A stretch of DNA of 64,000 nt from an uncultured Bacillota bacterium (GCA_902796855.1 CADBQN010000006.1:892-64891), one strand, 5' to 3'; positions 1-10,044 are shown, numbered from the stretch's first letter. Made by a program: numbers and translations. The notes: generated by a model from the letters alone, not told the origin.

Positions 1-1
1 A

Positions 2-1375
2 ATCGCTTTTTTCTGCATTCCCGCGCACGGTCACACCAACCCCATGCTCCCGGTCGCCGCGGAGCTGGTAAAACGGGGAAATACGGTTCGGTTCTATTCC
101 TTCGGCGCGTTCGAGGATAAAATCAAGGCGACGGGCGCGGACTTCGTATCCTGCGACGCTTTTCTGCCCGCGCTGACGGAGCGGGAGGAAGCCGGGCTGA
201 AAAAGGTCTCCGCCACGGAAATGACGATCCAGGATATACGGATCACCCTCCGCATGGACGGTTTCCTTGAGGAGGAATTCGGGACGTTCCGGCCCGATGT
301 CGTCTATACGGATTCCGTTTGTTTTTGGGGCAAGCTGAACGCGTGGAAGCACCAAGTGCCGATGGTGGTCTCCACCAGTACCTTCGCTTTTAATCAGCTC
401 TCGTCGCAGTACATGCGGAACTCACCGCGGGAATGGGCGGATATGCTGCTGGGACTGCCGAAAGTCTCCGGGGAGCTGAAAAAGCTCGCACCTTACGGCT
501 ATCCGGTCAAAGGAGCCCTGTCCCTCATCCAGAGCGACAACCGGACGGACACCGTTGTCTATACCTCAAAGCGTTTTCAGCCCTATGCCGAAAGCTTTTC
601 CGATCACTATGCCTTTGTGGGCCCTTCCCTCTTTGCCAACGATGTCTCCGCCAAGGCGAAGACGCGTCCCCTCGTTTACGTCTCTCTGGGCACCGTGATC
701 AACGACCGCCCGGATTTCTACACCAAATGCGTCGAGGCGCTGCGGAATCAGAACGTTGACGTCATCATTTCCTGCGGGAACGCGACAGACCTCGGGGCGC
801 TGGGAGCCCTGTCGGAAAACACGCGGGTGTACCCTTACGTCGACCAGCTCGATCTCCTTGCCAAGGCGAATGTTTTCATCACGCACTGCGGCATGAACAG
901 CGTTTCCGAAAGTCTGTATATGGCCGTGCCGATGGTCCTTTACCCCCAGACGAACGAACAGAAAGCGGTGGCGAGACGGGTCGCGGAAATGAAGGCCGGT
1001 ACGGTCCTGAGCGACGACTCCGTCGGGGGCATCCGCCGTTCCGTTCTGGAGGTTTTGAACAACGCCGCCTATGGCAGCGCCGCCGAGGCCTGCGCCGCCG
1101 ATTTTCGCTCCTGCGCCGGCGCCGCCGGAGCGGCAGCCTTCATCGAGAACGCGCCGCATGAATCCAACGGCATCGATCCCATCGCCGAACTGCGAAAAGC
1201 GAGCGCGCGCTTCTCGGTTGTATACTGGGGAATCGCCATCGCGCTGATCCTTCTCACCGGCTTCCTCGCCGGCTGGAAATACATTTGGCTCATTGGCGCC
1301 GCCGCCGGTATACTGGCCCATCCGATCGGCAAAGCGATGCAAAAGCGGAACTACAAAAGAGGAATCCGAACGTAA
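2..1375 (+). CDS. GT1-family (macrolide/MGT-type) UDP-glycosyltransferase, 5' end outside window, with unusual hydrophobic C-terminal tail
   Basis: Frame open from nt 2; 'AHGHTNPMLPV' matches the GT1 N-terminal His/NP motif; 'THCGMNSVSESLYMAVPMVLYPQTNEQ' matches the GT1 UDP-sugar binding signature; last ~60 aa (VVYWGIAIALILLTGFLAGWKYIWLIGAAAGILA) predicted TM. Confidence 0.75.
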   Translation: MAFFCIPAHGHTNPMLPVAAELVKRGNTVRFYSFGAFEDKIKATGADFVSCDAFLPALTEREEAGLKKVSATEMTIQDIRITLRMDGFLEEEFGTFRPDVVYTDSVCFWGKLNAWKHQVPMVVSTSTFAFNQLSSQYMRNSPREWADMLLGLPKVSGELKKLAPYGYPVKGALSLIQSDNRTDTVVYTSKRFQPYAESFSDHYAFVGPSLFANDVSAKAKTRPLVYVSLGTVINDRPDFYTKCVEALRNQNVDVIISCGNATDLGALGALSENTRVYPYVDQLDLLAKANVFITHCGMNSVSESLYMAVPMVLYPQTNEQKAVARRVAEMKAGTVLSDDSVGGIRRSVLEVLNNAAYGSAAEACAADFRSCAGAAGAAAFIENAPHESNGIDPIAELRKASARFSVVYWGIAIALILLTGFLAGWKYIWLIGAAAGILAHPIGKAMQKRNYKRGIRT

Positions 1376-1490
1376 AGTCTTTTCCGAATCACAAGACACA
1401 GCGTCGGCCAAAGGGCCGGCGCCTATTTTTTTCAGATAATACCGCGAAAAATTCATATACTGTACCGAAAGATGTTTCGGGAGGTCGTTT

Positions 1491-1985
1491 ATGAACACGG
1501 TACAACGAAAAAGATGGAGCGGCATCGCCTTTGCCCTGCTCCTGCCCTTGGCGGTGGGCGGCCTGGCGGCGGCGCTCGCCGCCGGGGGAATGGCGCGGTT
1601 CGGCGCGCTGAATCAGCCGCCGCTGACGCCGCCGGGCTGGCTTTTTCCGGTAGTCTGGACGGTCCTGTACCTGCTGATGGGGTACGCGGGCTATCTGCTC
1701 CGGGCGGAGCTCCCCCTCAACGACGCCGCGCGGCGGAACCGCCGCGCCGCCCTGTTCCTCTACGCTCTGCAGCTCTTTTTCAACTTCGTCTGGCCGCTGC
1801 TGTTCTTCCGCGCCGGGCTGTACGCTTTCGCCTTCCTCTGGCTGCTGGTTTTGTGGCTGCTCCTTTTTTTGCTGATCCGCGCCGCGGCGAAAACGCGGAA
1901 GCTCGCCGCCGTCCTGCTCCTGCCGTATCTGGCCTGGGTCACCTTCGCCGGATATCTGAACCTGATGATCGCCGTTTTGAACTGA
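1491..1985 (+). CDS. tspO: TspO/MBR tryptophan-rich sensory protein
   Basis: 164 aa, 5 TM, 'PPGWLFPVVWTVLYLLMG' and Trp-rich pattern typical of TspO. Confidence 0.8.
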   Translation: MNTVQRKRWSGIAFALLLPLAVGGLAAALAAGGMARFGALNQPPLTPPGWLFPVVWTVLYLLMGYAGYLLRAELPLNDAARRNRRAALFLYALQLFFNFVWPLLFFRAGLYAFAFLWLLVLWLLLFLLIRAAAKTRKLAAVLLLPYLAWVTFAGYLNLMIAVLN

Positions 1986-2135
1986 CCGGACGGCGTTTTT
2001 CCCGCCGGGGACCGTAAAAAGAAACGTTGCGTTTGTTCCGAAAGTATCATATAATGAAAACAGAAACAGCGGCGCTTTTCCCCATCCCCCGAAAAGCGCC
2101 GCGACAGCAAATATTGGAACGGACGGTCGAACGCG

Positions 2136-2870
2136 ATGAGAAAACGTCTATTTGAAATCATTGAAATCGCCGCGGACGGGGACAGGGCCAGCCGCTTTTA
2201 CGACGGTTTTATGATCCTCGTCATCATCCTGAGCATCATCCCCATCGCCATGAAAGACCCGGGAACGGTCTGGAACGCGCTGGACAAGCTCTGCGTCGCC
2301 ATTTTCATCGTCGACTACGCCCTGCGGCTGTTCACGGCGGATTTTAAGCTGGAGGACCGGCGAAGGGCTTTTTCTTTCCTTCGCTACCCGCTGACGCCGA
2401 TGGCCGTCATCGACCTGCTTTCCATTCTCCCCTCCTTTATTCCGGTCAATCGGAGCCTACGGCTGCTCCGTCTCTTCCGGGCGCTGCGCGTTTTTCGCAT
2501 CTTCCGCGTCCTGCGCTACTCCAAAAGCCTGCGCACCGTCTCGGTGGTGATGAAAAAATCGAAGGATTCCCTGATCGCCGTCTATTCTCTCGCCGCGGTC
2601 TACATCGTCATCTCGGCGCTGGTGATCCTCAACGCGGAGCCGCGCTCCTTTGACAGTTTTTTCGAGGCGCTGTATTGGGCGACGACTTCCCTGGCGACGG
2701 TGGGTTACGGCGATATTTACCCCGTGACCGCCGTGGGGAAAGCGATCTCGATGGTTTCCTCCATGATGGGCATTGCCATCGTGGCGCTCCCCTCCAGCAT
2801 CATCACGGCGGGATACGTCGAGGAGATCAAAAAACGGGAGAGCGGCGACGAACAGAAGGACAAGGATTAG
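2136..2870 (+). CDS. Voltage-gated-type (6TM, KvAP-like) potassium channel
   Basis: Selectivity filter TVGYGD; S4-like Arg repeat RLLRLFRALRVFRIFRVLR; six hydrophobic segments. Confidence 0.8.
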   Translation: MRKRLFEIIEIAADGDRASRFYDGFMILVIILSIIPIAMKDPGTVWNALDKLCVAIFIVDYALRLFTADFKLEDRRRAFSFLRYPLTPMAVIDLLSILPSFIPVNRSLRLLRLFRALRVFRIFRVLRYSKSLRTVSVVMKKSKDSLIAVYSLAAVYIVISALVILNAEPRSFDSFFEALYWATTSLATVGYGDIYPVTAVGKAISMVSSMMGIAIVALPSSIITAGYVEEIKKRESGDEQKDKD

Positions 2871-2907
2871 TTCCGCGTCCCGCCAGACAAACAAAGCATA
2901 AAAAACG

Positions 2908-2957
2908 GCTTCTGCCCTCCCCTTTCGGGGCGGCGCGGAAGCCGTTTTCGTTTCGTT
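2908..2957. terminator. Bidirectional rho-independent terminator between convergent K-channel and GGDEF genes
   Basis: aaaaacggcttc...cccctttcgggg...gaagccgttttcgttt: GC-rich stem with A-run before and T-run after. Confidence 0.6.
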
Positions 2958-2966
2958 CGGATTCGC

Positions 2967-5174
2967 TCAGCGGGACACGGAGCCCATCGCTTTCAGTTCC
3001 TTTTTGCGGCGGTACATCAGGGCGTCGGCCCGGTCGAAGACGTCGCGGATCGTCCTGTCGTCACCGGCGGCGTAATCGGAGATCCCCGCCGCGACAACGA
3101 CCTCCCCAAGGCCGATGTTTGCCTCGGCTTTCCTGCCCAGTTTCGCCATGATCTCCCGGCGGTCGTCATAGTCGCGGCCGCGGAGGATCGCCACAAACTC
3201 GTCACCGCCGACGCGAAAAACGGGGCTGTGCTGGAACAGTTCGCAGATCAGCACCGCCGCGGAGCGGATATACTCGTCCCCGGCCTTGTGACCCAGCGTG
3301 TCGTTGACCTGTTTCAGGCCATTGACGTCGCAGACGACCACGGCAAAGGGTTCCGCAGCGCCGCCCTGGATTTCTCCGTTCAGCGCCGTTTCGGCTTCAA
3401 CATAGGCGTGCTTGCTCTTTACACCGGTGAGGGGGTCGGTGTTCGCCATATGGCGGACACTGCCCAGCTCTGCCTCGCTTTCTTCGGCCCGTTTGCGCAT
3501 CAGGGAGTAGATGTTCAGCAACGTCATCACCGAAAAACCGAAGAGCACGATGACAATGAGCATGCTCCGGGCGATGGTGTGGCGCAGGGCGCTGATTTCC
3601 CCGGCCACGAACGCCGCGGCGTCGGCGGAGCCGAACTTCGCAACGTAATAATCCTGGACGCGGCTCATGGCGTCGCCGGTGGCGGCGATCATCGTCTGGC
3701 TCATCCAGATCAGCGATGTGAAGAGGACCAGGGAAAGAAGGGCGATCCAGACGATGATGGAATTGCCGAATCGATGCGTTTCATCGCGCTTCATCAGCCC
3801 GCGGAAAAAAACAAAACCGAGGATCGCCCAGATGGTGAAGAGGAAGTAGGATTCCGTCGCCATGGAGCCAGAGGAAAAGAGATTGGGAATCAGCAGATAG
3901 AGCAGGAACCCGGCCATGAGTATGAGGCCGATGAAGCCCGTCCTTTTTTCCGCGTTGTCCCCCTGGCGTTTCGCCGTTTTCAGCGCCGCGGCGGAGACGA
4001 AACCGTAAACGATGGTCGCCCCCAGCGTCGTGACGTCGACGATCCAGCCGATGGCCGTCCGCCCCAAAAACGGGATGAGCAGGGAGACCGCGGCGATGAG
4101 CCAGACCGCTTTTTCGGGGATGCCGCGGCGGTTCAGGTTCGAAAAACGGCGGGGCAGCACGCGGTCGCGGGCCAGGGCATAGAAGAGACGGCTCAGGGCG
4201 ATAAGGTTGCCGATGAGGCTGGTGACGATCAGGGCGAGAAGGGAGAAGAGCAGCAGCCAGAGACCGAAATTACCGAGGTAAAAGCGGGCGGCGTAGAACG
4301 CCGGCAATCCTTTAACGCCGCTGAGATTGTCCAGATCACGAATATACGCGAGCCAGCTGCCGTATTCCGGGGGATAAGCGGTCACCGACAGCAGCGTGAC
4401 GAAAATATACAGCAGGGTGGCGGAGAGAATGGCGGCGGCGAGGACACGAAAGACCTTCCGATGGGGAAAGGTATATTCCTCGGCGCTGTGGGAGATATTC
4501 TCAAAGCCAATGAACGCCCACGGAGAAATGCAGGCGATGCCGATGACTTGGGCGACGTCGTTCTTCCCCGGCACGGTGAGAGGCCGGAAGCTGAAGGAAG
4601 CGCCGTGACGAATCAGGGCCGAGGCGAAACAGACGGTGATGCCGACGACGAAAAAGACGGCCAGCGCCGCCATGAGGACGGCGGGGATCTTTTTGCGCCG
4701 GGCACAGAGAACGGCGACGAGCAGGATCGCGGCGATGGAAAGAAGCGCCTCGCCGAGATAGACCTCGTAGCCAAAAAGGGAATAGCAATAGATGACATGG
4801 AACACGCCGCCGAGAAAATAACGGGCAAACAGCGGCAGCGAAGTGGCGTTAGCCCAGAACACGGCGAGATACGTCAGCGCCAGGAACCAGGCGCAGAGAA
4901 AGGCGTGATCGTAGCCGAAAGCTTCCTTCGCGTAGGCGTAGACGCCGCCGGCGTCGGGACAGCAGCGGATCATATAGAAGTAGTTCCCGGCAATGACCAG
5001 CATAATGGCGGCGCCGATCAGCAGCCCGAAAACGCTGCCGACGGGACCGGCCTGGGAGAGACACGTATTGCCGGTGATGACGAGGGAGCCCCAGCCGATG
5101 CTGGCGCCAAGGGCAAAGGCCCAGGCCTCCGCCGGGGACATATAGGGCGTAAGATGCTTTTGAGGATCGGACAT
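2967..5174 (-). CDS. Membrane diguanylate cyclase: N-terminal APC-superfamily permease-like polytopic domain fused to C-terminal GGDEF domain
   Basis: C-terminus has RVGGDEFV active-site motif plus 'TDPLTGV...NR', 'VVVCDVNGLKQVND', 'GHKAGDEYI' GGDEF blocks; N-terminal ~450 aa with 12+ TM helices resembling amino-acid permease (APC) fold. Confidence 0.7.
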   Translation of the reverse strand: MSDPQKHLTPYMSPAEAWAFALGASIGWGSLVITGNTCLSQAGPVGSVFGLLIGAAIMLVIAGNYFYMIRCCPDAGGVYAYAKEAFGYDHAFLCAWFLALTYLAVFWANATSLPLFARYFLGGVFHVIYCYSLFGYEVYLGEALLSIAAILLVAVLCARRKKIPAVLMAALAVFFVVGITVCFASALIRHGASFSFRPLTVPGKNDVAQVIGIACISPWAFIGFENISHSAEEYTFPHRKVFRVLAAAILSATLLYIFVTLLSVTAYPPEYGSWLAYIRDLDNLSGVKGLPAFYAARFYLGNFGLWLLLFSLLALIVTSLIGNLIALSRLFYALARDRVLPRRFSNLNRRGIPEKAVWLIAAVSLLIPFLGRTAIGWIVDVTTLGATIVYGFVSAAALKTAKRQGDNAEKRTGFIGLILMAGFLLYLLIPNLFSSGSMATESYFLFTIWAILGFVFFRGLMKRDETHRFGNSIIVWIALLSLVLFTSLIWMSQTMIAATGDAMSRVQDYYVAKFGSADAAAFVAGEISALRHTIARSMLIVIVLFGFSVMTLLNIYSLMRKRAEESEAELGSVRHMANTDPLTGVKSKHAYVEAETALNGEIQGGAAEPFAVVVCDVNGLKQVNDTLGHKAGDEYIRSAAVLICELFQHSPVFRVGGDEFVAILRGRDYDDRREIMAKLGRKAEANIGLGEVVVAAGISDYAAGDDRTIRDVFDRADALMYRRKKELKAMGSVSR

Positions 5175-5376
5175 CCCGGGTTCACCTGCACTTTCAAAGG
5201 CCGCCGTTACAGCGGCGAACGTTCCGTTAAAAAACGTTCCGCCGAACGCGCCGCGGCCTGTAAAACGAAAATCATTATTCTATAAAGGTTCAACAAATTT
5301 CCATATTATCCTTTTTTCAAAAAAAATTCGCGCGGAGATTTTTCCCCGCGCGATGGGTCCGCGGCCCGCGCCGCTC

Positions 5377-6180
5377 TCAGGTCAGGAGCATACGGTCGTT
5401 GGCGAACTCGCCGCCGCTGGCCTTTTCAAACATTTTCAACAGGTCGGCGACGGTGAGTTTTTCCTTTTCCTCACCGGCGGCCTCAAAAATGATCCGGCCG
5501 TTGTGCATCATGATGATGCGGTTGCCGAGACGCAGGGCGTCCTTCATGTTGTGGGTAATCATCAAAGTGGTGAGCTTTTCCTTCTGGATGAAGGTCTCCG
5601 TCAGCTCCAGGACTTTCGCCGCGGTCTTCGGGTCAAGGGCGGCGGTATGTTCGTCGAGAAGCAGGAGCTTCGGCTTTTGCAGCGTCGCCATGAGCAGGGT
5701 GATGGCCTGACGCTGGCCGCCGGAAAGCAGCCCCACCTTTGTGGTCATGCGGTCTTCCAGACCGAGTCCGAGGGAGGCGACGACCTCCCGATAGCGCTGT
5801 TTTTCATCGTGCTTCACGCCCCAGGCCAGGCCGCGGCGGCGGGTGCGTCGAAAGGCCATGGCGAGGTTCTCCTCAATGGACATCGTCGCGGCGGTGCCCA
5901 TCATCGGATCCTGGAACACCCGGCCGAGGTATTTGGCGCGGCGGTGCTCCCGCATATTGGTAATGTCGATATCATCCAAAAGGATTTTGCCGGCGTCGGA
6001 GGGGAACACGCCGGAGATCATGTTCAGCATCGTGGATTTCCCGGCGCCGTTGCCGCCGATGACGGTGACAAAATCGCTGTCTTCCAAGGTGAGGTTCAGG
6101 CCGGAAAGGGCCATCTTCTCATTGACGGTGCCGGCGTTGAACACTTTGTAGAGGTCGCGGATCTCAAGCATTGGCGTCAC
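5377..6180 (-). CDS. ABC transporter ATP-binding protein (COG1101-type, partner of PF04392 system)
   Basis: Walker A GGNGAGKST, signature LSGGQRQ, Walker B LLLDE; overlaps permease gene upstream. Confidence 0.85.
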   Translation of the reverse strand: MTPMLEIRDLYKVFNAGTVNEKMALSGLNLTLEDSDFVTVIGGNGAGKSTMLNMISGVFPSDAGKILLDDIDITNMREHRRAKYLGRVFQDPMMGTAATMSIEENLAMAFRRTRRRGLAWGVKHDEKQRYREVVASLGLGLEDRMTTKVGLLSGGQRQAITLLMATLQKPKLLLLDEHTAALDPKTAAKVLELTETFIQKEKLTTLMITHNMKDALRLGNRIIMMHNGRIIFEAAGEEKEKLTVADLLKMFEKASGGEFANDRMLLT

Positions 6181-7084
6181 CTCCCTGCGCGGACGGGTCG
6201 ATCTTCACCTTGCCGCCGGTGAACTGCCGCTGCCAATAGGGGATGCCGAGGAAGACGGCGACGACGAGGGCGGTGAGGAGTTTCAGGTCGTTGGCGTTGA
6301 GACCGAGGCGGAGCACCAGCGTGATGACGCAGTAGTAGACGACGCCGCCGATGACGGCGGAGAGGAGCCGCAGCGCGAAATTATGGAAAATACGGCTGAA
6401 GAGCACTTCCCCGATGATGACGGCGGCAAGGCCGATGACGATGGCGCCGCGGCCCATGTTGATGTCGGTGAAGCCCTGATACTGAGCGAGCAGCGCGCCG
6501 GCCAGGGCGACAATGCCGTTGGAGATCACGATCCCGGCCATTTTGGTGATGTTGGTGTTGACGCCGTTGGCCCGGGCCATCATCTGATTGCAGCCGGTGG
6601 CGCGGAGGGCGTGGCCGACTTCGGTGCCGAAGAACCAATAGAGCAGCGCGATGACGACGACGGCGAAGAGACCGCCGACAATGAGGGCGCGGGGAATATC
6701 GCTCAACGACAGCAGCAGGCTGAAATTCCGGTAGGAAAGCGGCATATTGGCGAGACCGCCGAGGATCCGCAGGTTGATGGAATACAGCGCCAGCTGTGTC
6801 AGAATCCCGGCTAAAATGGCGGGGATGCCGAACTTTGTGTGGAAGGTGCCGGTGACGAACCCGGCGGCGCAGCCGGCGGCGAAAGCCAGCAGCAGCGCGG
6901 CCCAGACATTGAGCCCCGCCGTGACGGTGGTGACGAGAACGGCCCCGCCGGTGGAGAAGGAGCCGTCCACGGTGAGATCGGGGATATCCAGGATCTTAAA
7001 GGTGATGAAGACCCCGATGGCCATGATCCCCCAGATGATCCCCTGGGCGACGGCGCCGGGGAGCGAGCTTAAAAACTGTGTCAT
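6164..7084 (-). CDS. ABC transporter permease (COG4120-type)
   Basis: 306 aa polytopic membrane protein, translationally coupled between SBP and ATPase genes. Confidence 0.75.
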   Translation of the reverse strand: MTQFLSSLPGAVAQGIIWGIMAIGVFITFKILDIPDLTVDGSFSTGGAVLVTTVTAGLNVWAALLLAFAAGCAAGFVTGTFHTKFGIPAILAGILTQLALYSINLRILGGLANMPLSYRNFSLLLSLSDIPRALIVGGLFAVVVIALLYWFFGTEVGHALRATGCNQMMARANGVNTNITKMAGIVISNGIVALAGALLAQYQGFTDINMGRGAIVIGLAAVIIGEVLFSRIFHNFALRLLSAVIGGVVYYCVITLVLRLGLNANDLKLLTALVVAVFLGIPYWQRQFTGGKVKIDPSAQGGDANA

Positions 7085-7246
7085 GAATCTTTTTTCCTCT
7101 CATTTCCAAAACAGTATCTCTTATATTATCGTCGAGAACGGCGCAAAAGTCAACCATCAAACCGAGAAAGCGCACGAAAAACCGACGAAGAGGCGGAAAA
7201 CCGCGCTCTTCGCCGGGGTGTGACGAGGAATATGCTGAGCCTTGGC

Positions 7247-8239
7247 TTATTCGGCGTCTTCCGCCGCGATGGCTTCATACCCGTCGGGAACGGTGATGTT
7301 CAGCGCGTCACAGCGTTCGGCAACGTATTCCTTGGTCAGGTCGGTGGCGAATTCCACGTCCATCGCGGCGGGGTCGGCGCCGTTGACGAGGATTTCGTAG
7401 GCCATGAGACCGGTCTGATAGCCGAGGTCGTAGTAGCTGATGGAGAGGGTCGCGACGCCGCAGCCTTTGCAGATGCCTTCCTCGCCGGTGACGATGGGTA
7501 TGCCGGCGGCGGAGGCGACGCCGTCAATGGTGCCGGTGCAGGACGCGGCGGTGTTGTCGGTGGGGATGTAGAGGACGTCGCTGCCTTCGCAGGCGGTCTT
7601 GGTGACGGCCTGAACGTCGTTGGAATCGGCAAAGGTATATTCGGTGCAGGTGTAGCCGAGAGCGCCGAGGTATTCCTGCATCTTATCGGACTGATATTTG
7701 GAATTGGCCTCGCCGGAGCAGTAGACGATACCGACGTTCTTGGCGTCGGGGAAGAGCTCCTTGATCATGTCGGCCTGCTGGTCCAGGGGAGCCAGATCCG
7801 AGGTGCCGGTAACGTTCATCCCTGTGGCGCCGGTCCATTCGCCGATATCGAGGGCGGTGCCGTAATCGGTGACGGACGTGGCGACGATGGGGATCGTATC
7901 CGTGGCGGCAAAGGAGGCCTGCAGCGCCGGGGTAGCGTTGGCCATAATCAGATCGACTTTTGAGGAGACGAACCGATTGGCGATGGTGGCGCAGGTGTTG
8001 GAGTCACCGGCGGCGTTCTGGACGTCGATGGAGACGTCGTCGCCGAGCTTATCGGTGAGGGCGTCTTTGAACCCGTCGGTGGCGGCGTCGAGGGCTTCGT
8101 GCTGAACGAGCTGGATGACGCCGATCTGATAGGACGCGTCGCTGTTCACGGCGGACGAATCCTCAGAGGAACCGCCGCAGCCGGCAAGGAGCCCCAGGCA
8201 GCACCCGGCGGCGGCGATCAGTGCGATGATTTTCTTCAT
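7247..8239 (-). CDS. ABC transporter substrate-binding lipoprotein (PF04392/COG2984 ABC_sub_bind family)
   Basis: Lipoprotein signal MKKIIALIAAAGCCLGLLAGCGG (lipobox LLAGC); first gene of SBP-permease-ATPase operon. Confidence 0.75.
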   Translation of the reverse strand: MKKIIALIAAAGCCLGLLAGCGGSSEDSSAVNSDASYQIGVIQLVQHEALDAATDGFKDALTDKLGDDVSIDVQNAAGDSNTCATIANRFVSSKVDLIMANATPALQASFAATDTIPIVATSVTDYGTALDIGEWTGATGMNVTGTSDLAPLDQQADMIKELFPDAKNVGIVYCSGEANSKYQSDKMQEYLGALGYTCTEYTFADSNDVQAVTKTACEGSDVLYIPTDNTAASCTGTIDGVASAAGIPIVTGEEGICKGCGVATLSISYYDLGYQTGLMAYEILVNGADPAAMDVEFATDLTKEYVAERCDALNITVPDGYEAIAAEDAE

Positions 8240-8470
8240 AATTTCTTACCTCCGAACGGCTTTGTGCCGTTATTTCTTTGACTATGTCGTATTATCTCGT
8301 CAAAGTTATCTTATTATAATATAAACATGATTCAATGTCAATAGCAAATCCAAGAAAAAAACGGCCGGAGCCGTCACCGAGGAAAAAGGCCTTTCTTTCG
8401 CCGCGGACTTGTGCCGCGGCGCGAACGGAGTATAATAAAAGCAGAGAAAAAAGCGAAGGAGGAAACCGCC

Positions 8471-9358
8471 ATGAGCTTTTTGACAAGGGAGATCGAGACG
8501 AAGAACGTACTGACCAAATCCAACCTGCCCGTTTCGGATTACTCCGTCAATCCTTATGTGGGCTGCGCCCACGCCTGCGCCTATTGCTACGCTTCCTTTA
8601 TGAAACGGTTCACCAATCACCGGGAGCCCTGGGGCGAATTTGTCGACGTCAAATTCTGGCCGCCGCTGAAACGGCCGGAAAAATACGACGGCAAAGAGGT
8701 CTTTCTCAGCTCCGTCACCGACCCCTATCAGCCCTGCGAGGAAGTATACCAACGCACCCGAACCCTGCTGGAAGAGCTGAAGGGCAGCGGCGCGCGGCTC
8801 AGCGTCGCCACCAAATCCGATCTCGTCCTCCGGGATCTGGAGCTGATCCGCTCCTTCCCCGACGCCCGGGTCTCCTGGTCCGTCAATACCCTGGACGAGT
8901 CCTTTCGGGAAGAAATGGACCGCGCCGTCAGCATTGAGCGCCGCCTCGCCGCCATGAAGCGGTTCTACGACGCCGGCGTCAGGACGACCTGTTTCATCTC
9001 ACCGATCTTCCCCGGCATCACCGATGTAAAAGCCATCATCGAGGCGGCGAAAGACCGCTGCACGCTGGTGTGGCTGGAGAACCTGAACCTCCGCGGCGAT
9101 TACAAGAGCCGTATGCTCCGCTGGGTACACGAACACCGCCCCGACCTGGACGATCTCTACCGCGATATCTACGTCCGGGGCGACCGTTCCTACTGGCGCG
9201 CCCTCGACGCGGAAATACGGGACTACGCCGAAAAGGAAGGGTTCCCCTACCTCCGCGACGACGACAGCCGCCGCGCCGACATCGGCGAAAAACCGGTGAT
9301 CGTCAACTACTTCTTCCACGAGGAGATTATCCCCTCGGCAAAAAAGAAGAGCCGCTGA
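8471..9358 (+). CDS. SPL-family radical SAM protein (COG1533, spore-photoproduct-lyase-like DNA repair photolyase)
   Basis: CAHACAYC (CxxxCxxC) cluster near N-terminus, family-typical 'VNPYVGC' lead-in; start chosen at ATG 8471 with AAGGAGG RBS, rather than the longer track ORF from 8411. Confidence 0.75.
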   Translation: MSFLTREIETKNVLTKSNLPVSDYSVNPYVGCAHACAYCYASFMKRFTNHREPWGEFVDVKFWPPLKRPEKYDGKEVFLSSVTDPYQPCEEVYQRTRTLLEELKGSGARLSVATKSDLVLRDLELIRSFPDARVSWSVNTLDESFREEMDRAVSIERRLAAMKRFYDAGVRTTCFISPIFPGITDVKAIIEAAKDRCTLVWLENLNLRGDYKSRMLRWVHEHRPDLDDLYRDIYVRGDRSYWRALDAEIRDYAEKEGFPYLRDDDSRRADIGEKPVIVNYFFHEEIIPSAKKKSR

Positions 9359-9363
9359 GGCCG

Positions 9364-10044
9364 TCAGCGCCGCAGCAGCCAGAGAATGCCCTTGGCCACG
9401 CGCTCGTCGCAGCGCTGAAAATGATTGCCGGGGTTGAGCTCGAACACCGTCTCGATCCCCCGCTCCGCGAAGTGCGCCGCCAGCGCCACGGTGTTCTCTT
9501 CCACCGGCCGCAGCACGCGGTTCCTCGTTTTCGCCTCTTTGTCCCCGAGAGAGAGATAAATTCTCTCCGGGGGCTTTTTCATGCTCCGTCCCTTCGCGAA
9601 CGCGAGAAAATCCGGATACCAAAAGGAGCCGGAAGCGCTGACGGCGCCGTCAAAGACAGCGGCGCGGTACAGGGCGTAGACCGAAAAGAGCCCGGCGAGG
9701 GAGTAACCGGCGAGGTAAACGCCGGCGGGCTCTGTCGGCAGGACGGCGCGGAGCGACGGCAGAATTTCTCCCGTCAGCGTTTTCAGATAATCATCGGCGC
9801 GACCGCCGCAGGGCGTATCCCCTTTGGCGATGGGCGGAATGGGCCAGGGCGACATATCGTCGTCCCAGCGCAGACCGCTGACGGCGGCAAAGGAAAAATC
9901 CGCCGCCGTGTCCCGGCGGACGAGGTCATAAACGGCTCTCCCCTCGTTGTTGAAGGTGTGGAGCAGGATGAGGGGAGCGTCCTCCCCCAAAGCCGGGATC
10001 AGCAGGATCTCCCTTCCCCCGGCGGTGAAACGTGTTTCAGTCAT
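9364..10044 (-). CDS. Esterase-family alpha/beta hydrolase (PF00756-like putative esterase)
   Basis: 226 aa; 'YLAGYSLAGLFSVYA' nucleophile-elbow-like GxSxG (GYSLAG); last gene of the adenylation-GNAT-esterase operon, overlapping the GNAT gene by 8 nt. Confidence 0.6.
   Translation of the reverse strand: MTETRFTAGGREILLIPALGEDAPLILLHTFNNEGRAVYDLVRRDTAADFSFAAVSGLRWDDDMSPWPIPPIAKGDTPCGGRADDYLKTLTGEILPSLRAVLPTEPAGVYLAGYSLAGLFSVYALYRAAVFDGAVSASGSFWYPDFLAFAKGRSMKKPPERIYLSLGDKEAKTRNRVLRPVEENTVALAAHFAERGIETVFELNPGNHFQRCDERVAKGILWLLRR

Noticed and set aside
3228-5285. 685-aa plus-strand ORF and other long ORFs antisense to annotated genes (e.g. 566..1525-, 7220..7963+, 10750..12288+, 17537..18415+, 21310..22836-, 23009..24850+, 27251..28906+, 29002..30285-, 49915..51999+, 53177..54139+, 55531..57720+, 59515..62232+)
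   Set aside because: Typical stop-codon-poor antisense frames of high-GC DNA. The translations are Arg/Gly/Ala/Pro-rich low-complexity with no domain motifs, while the opposite strand encodes clearly recognisable proteins.
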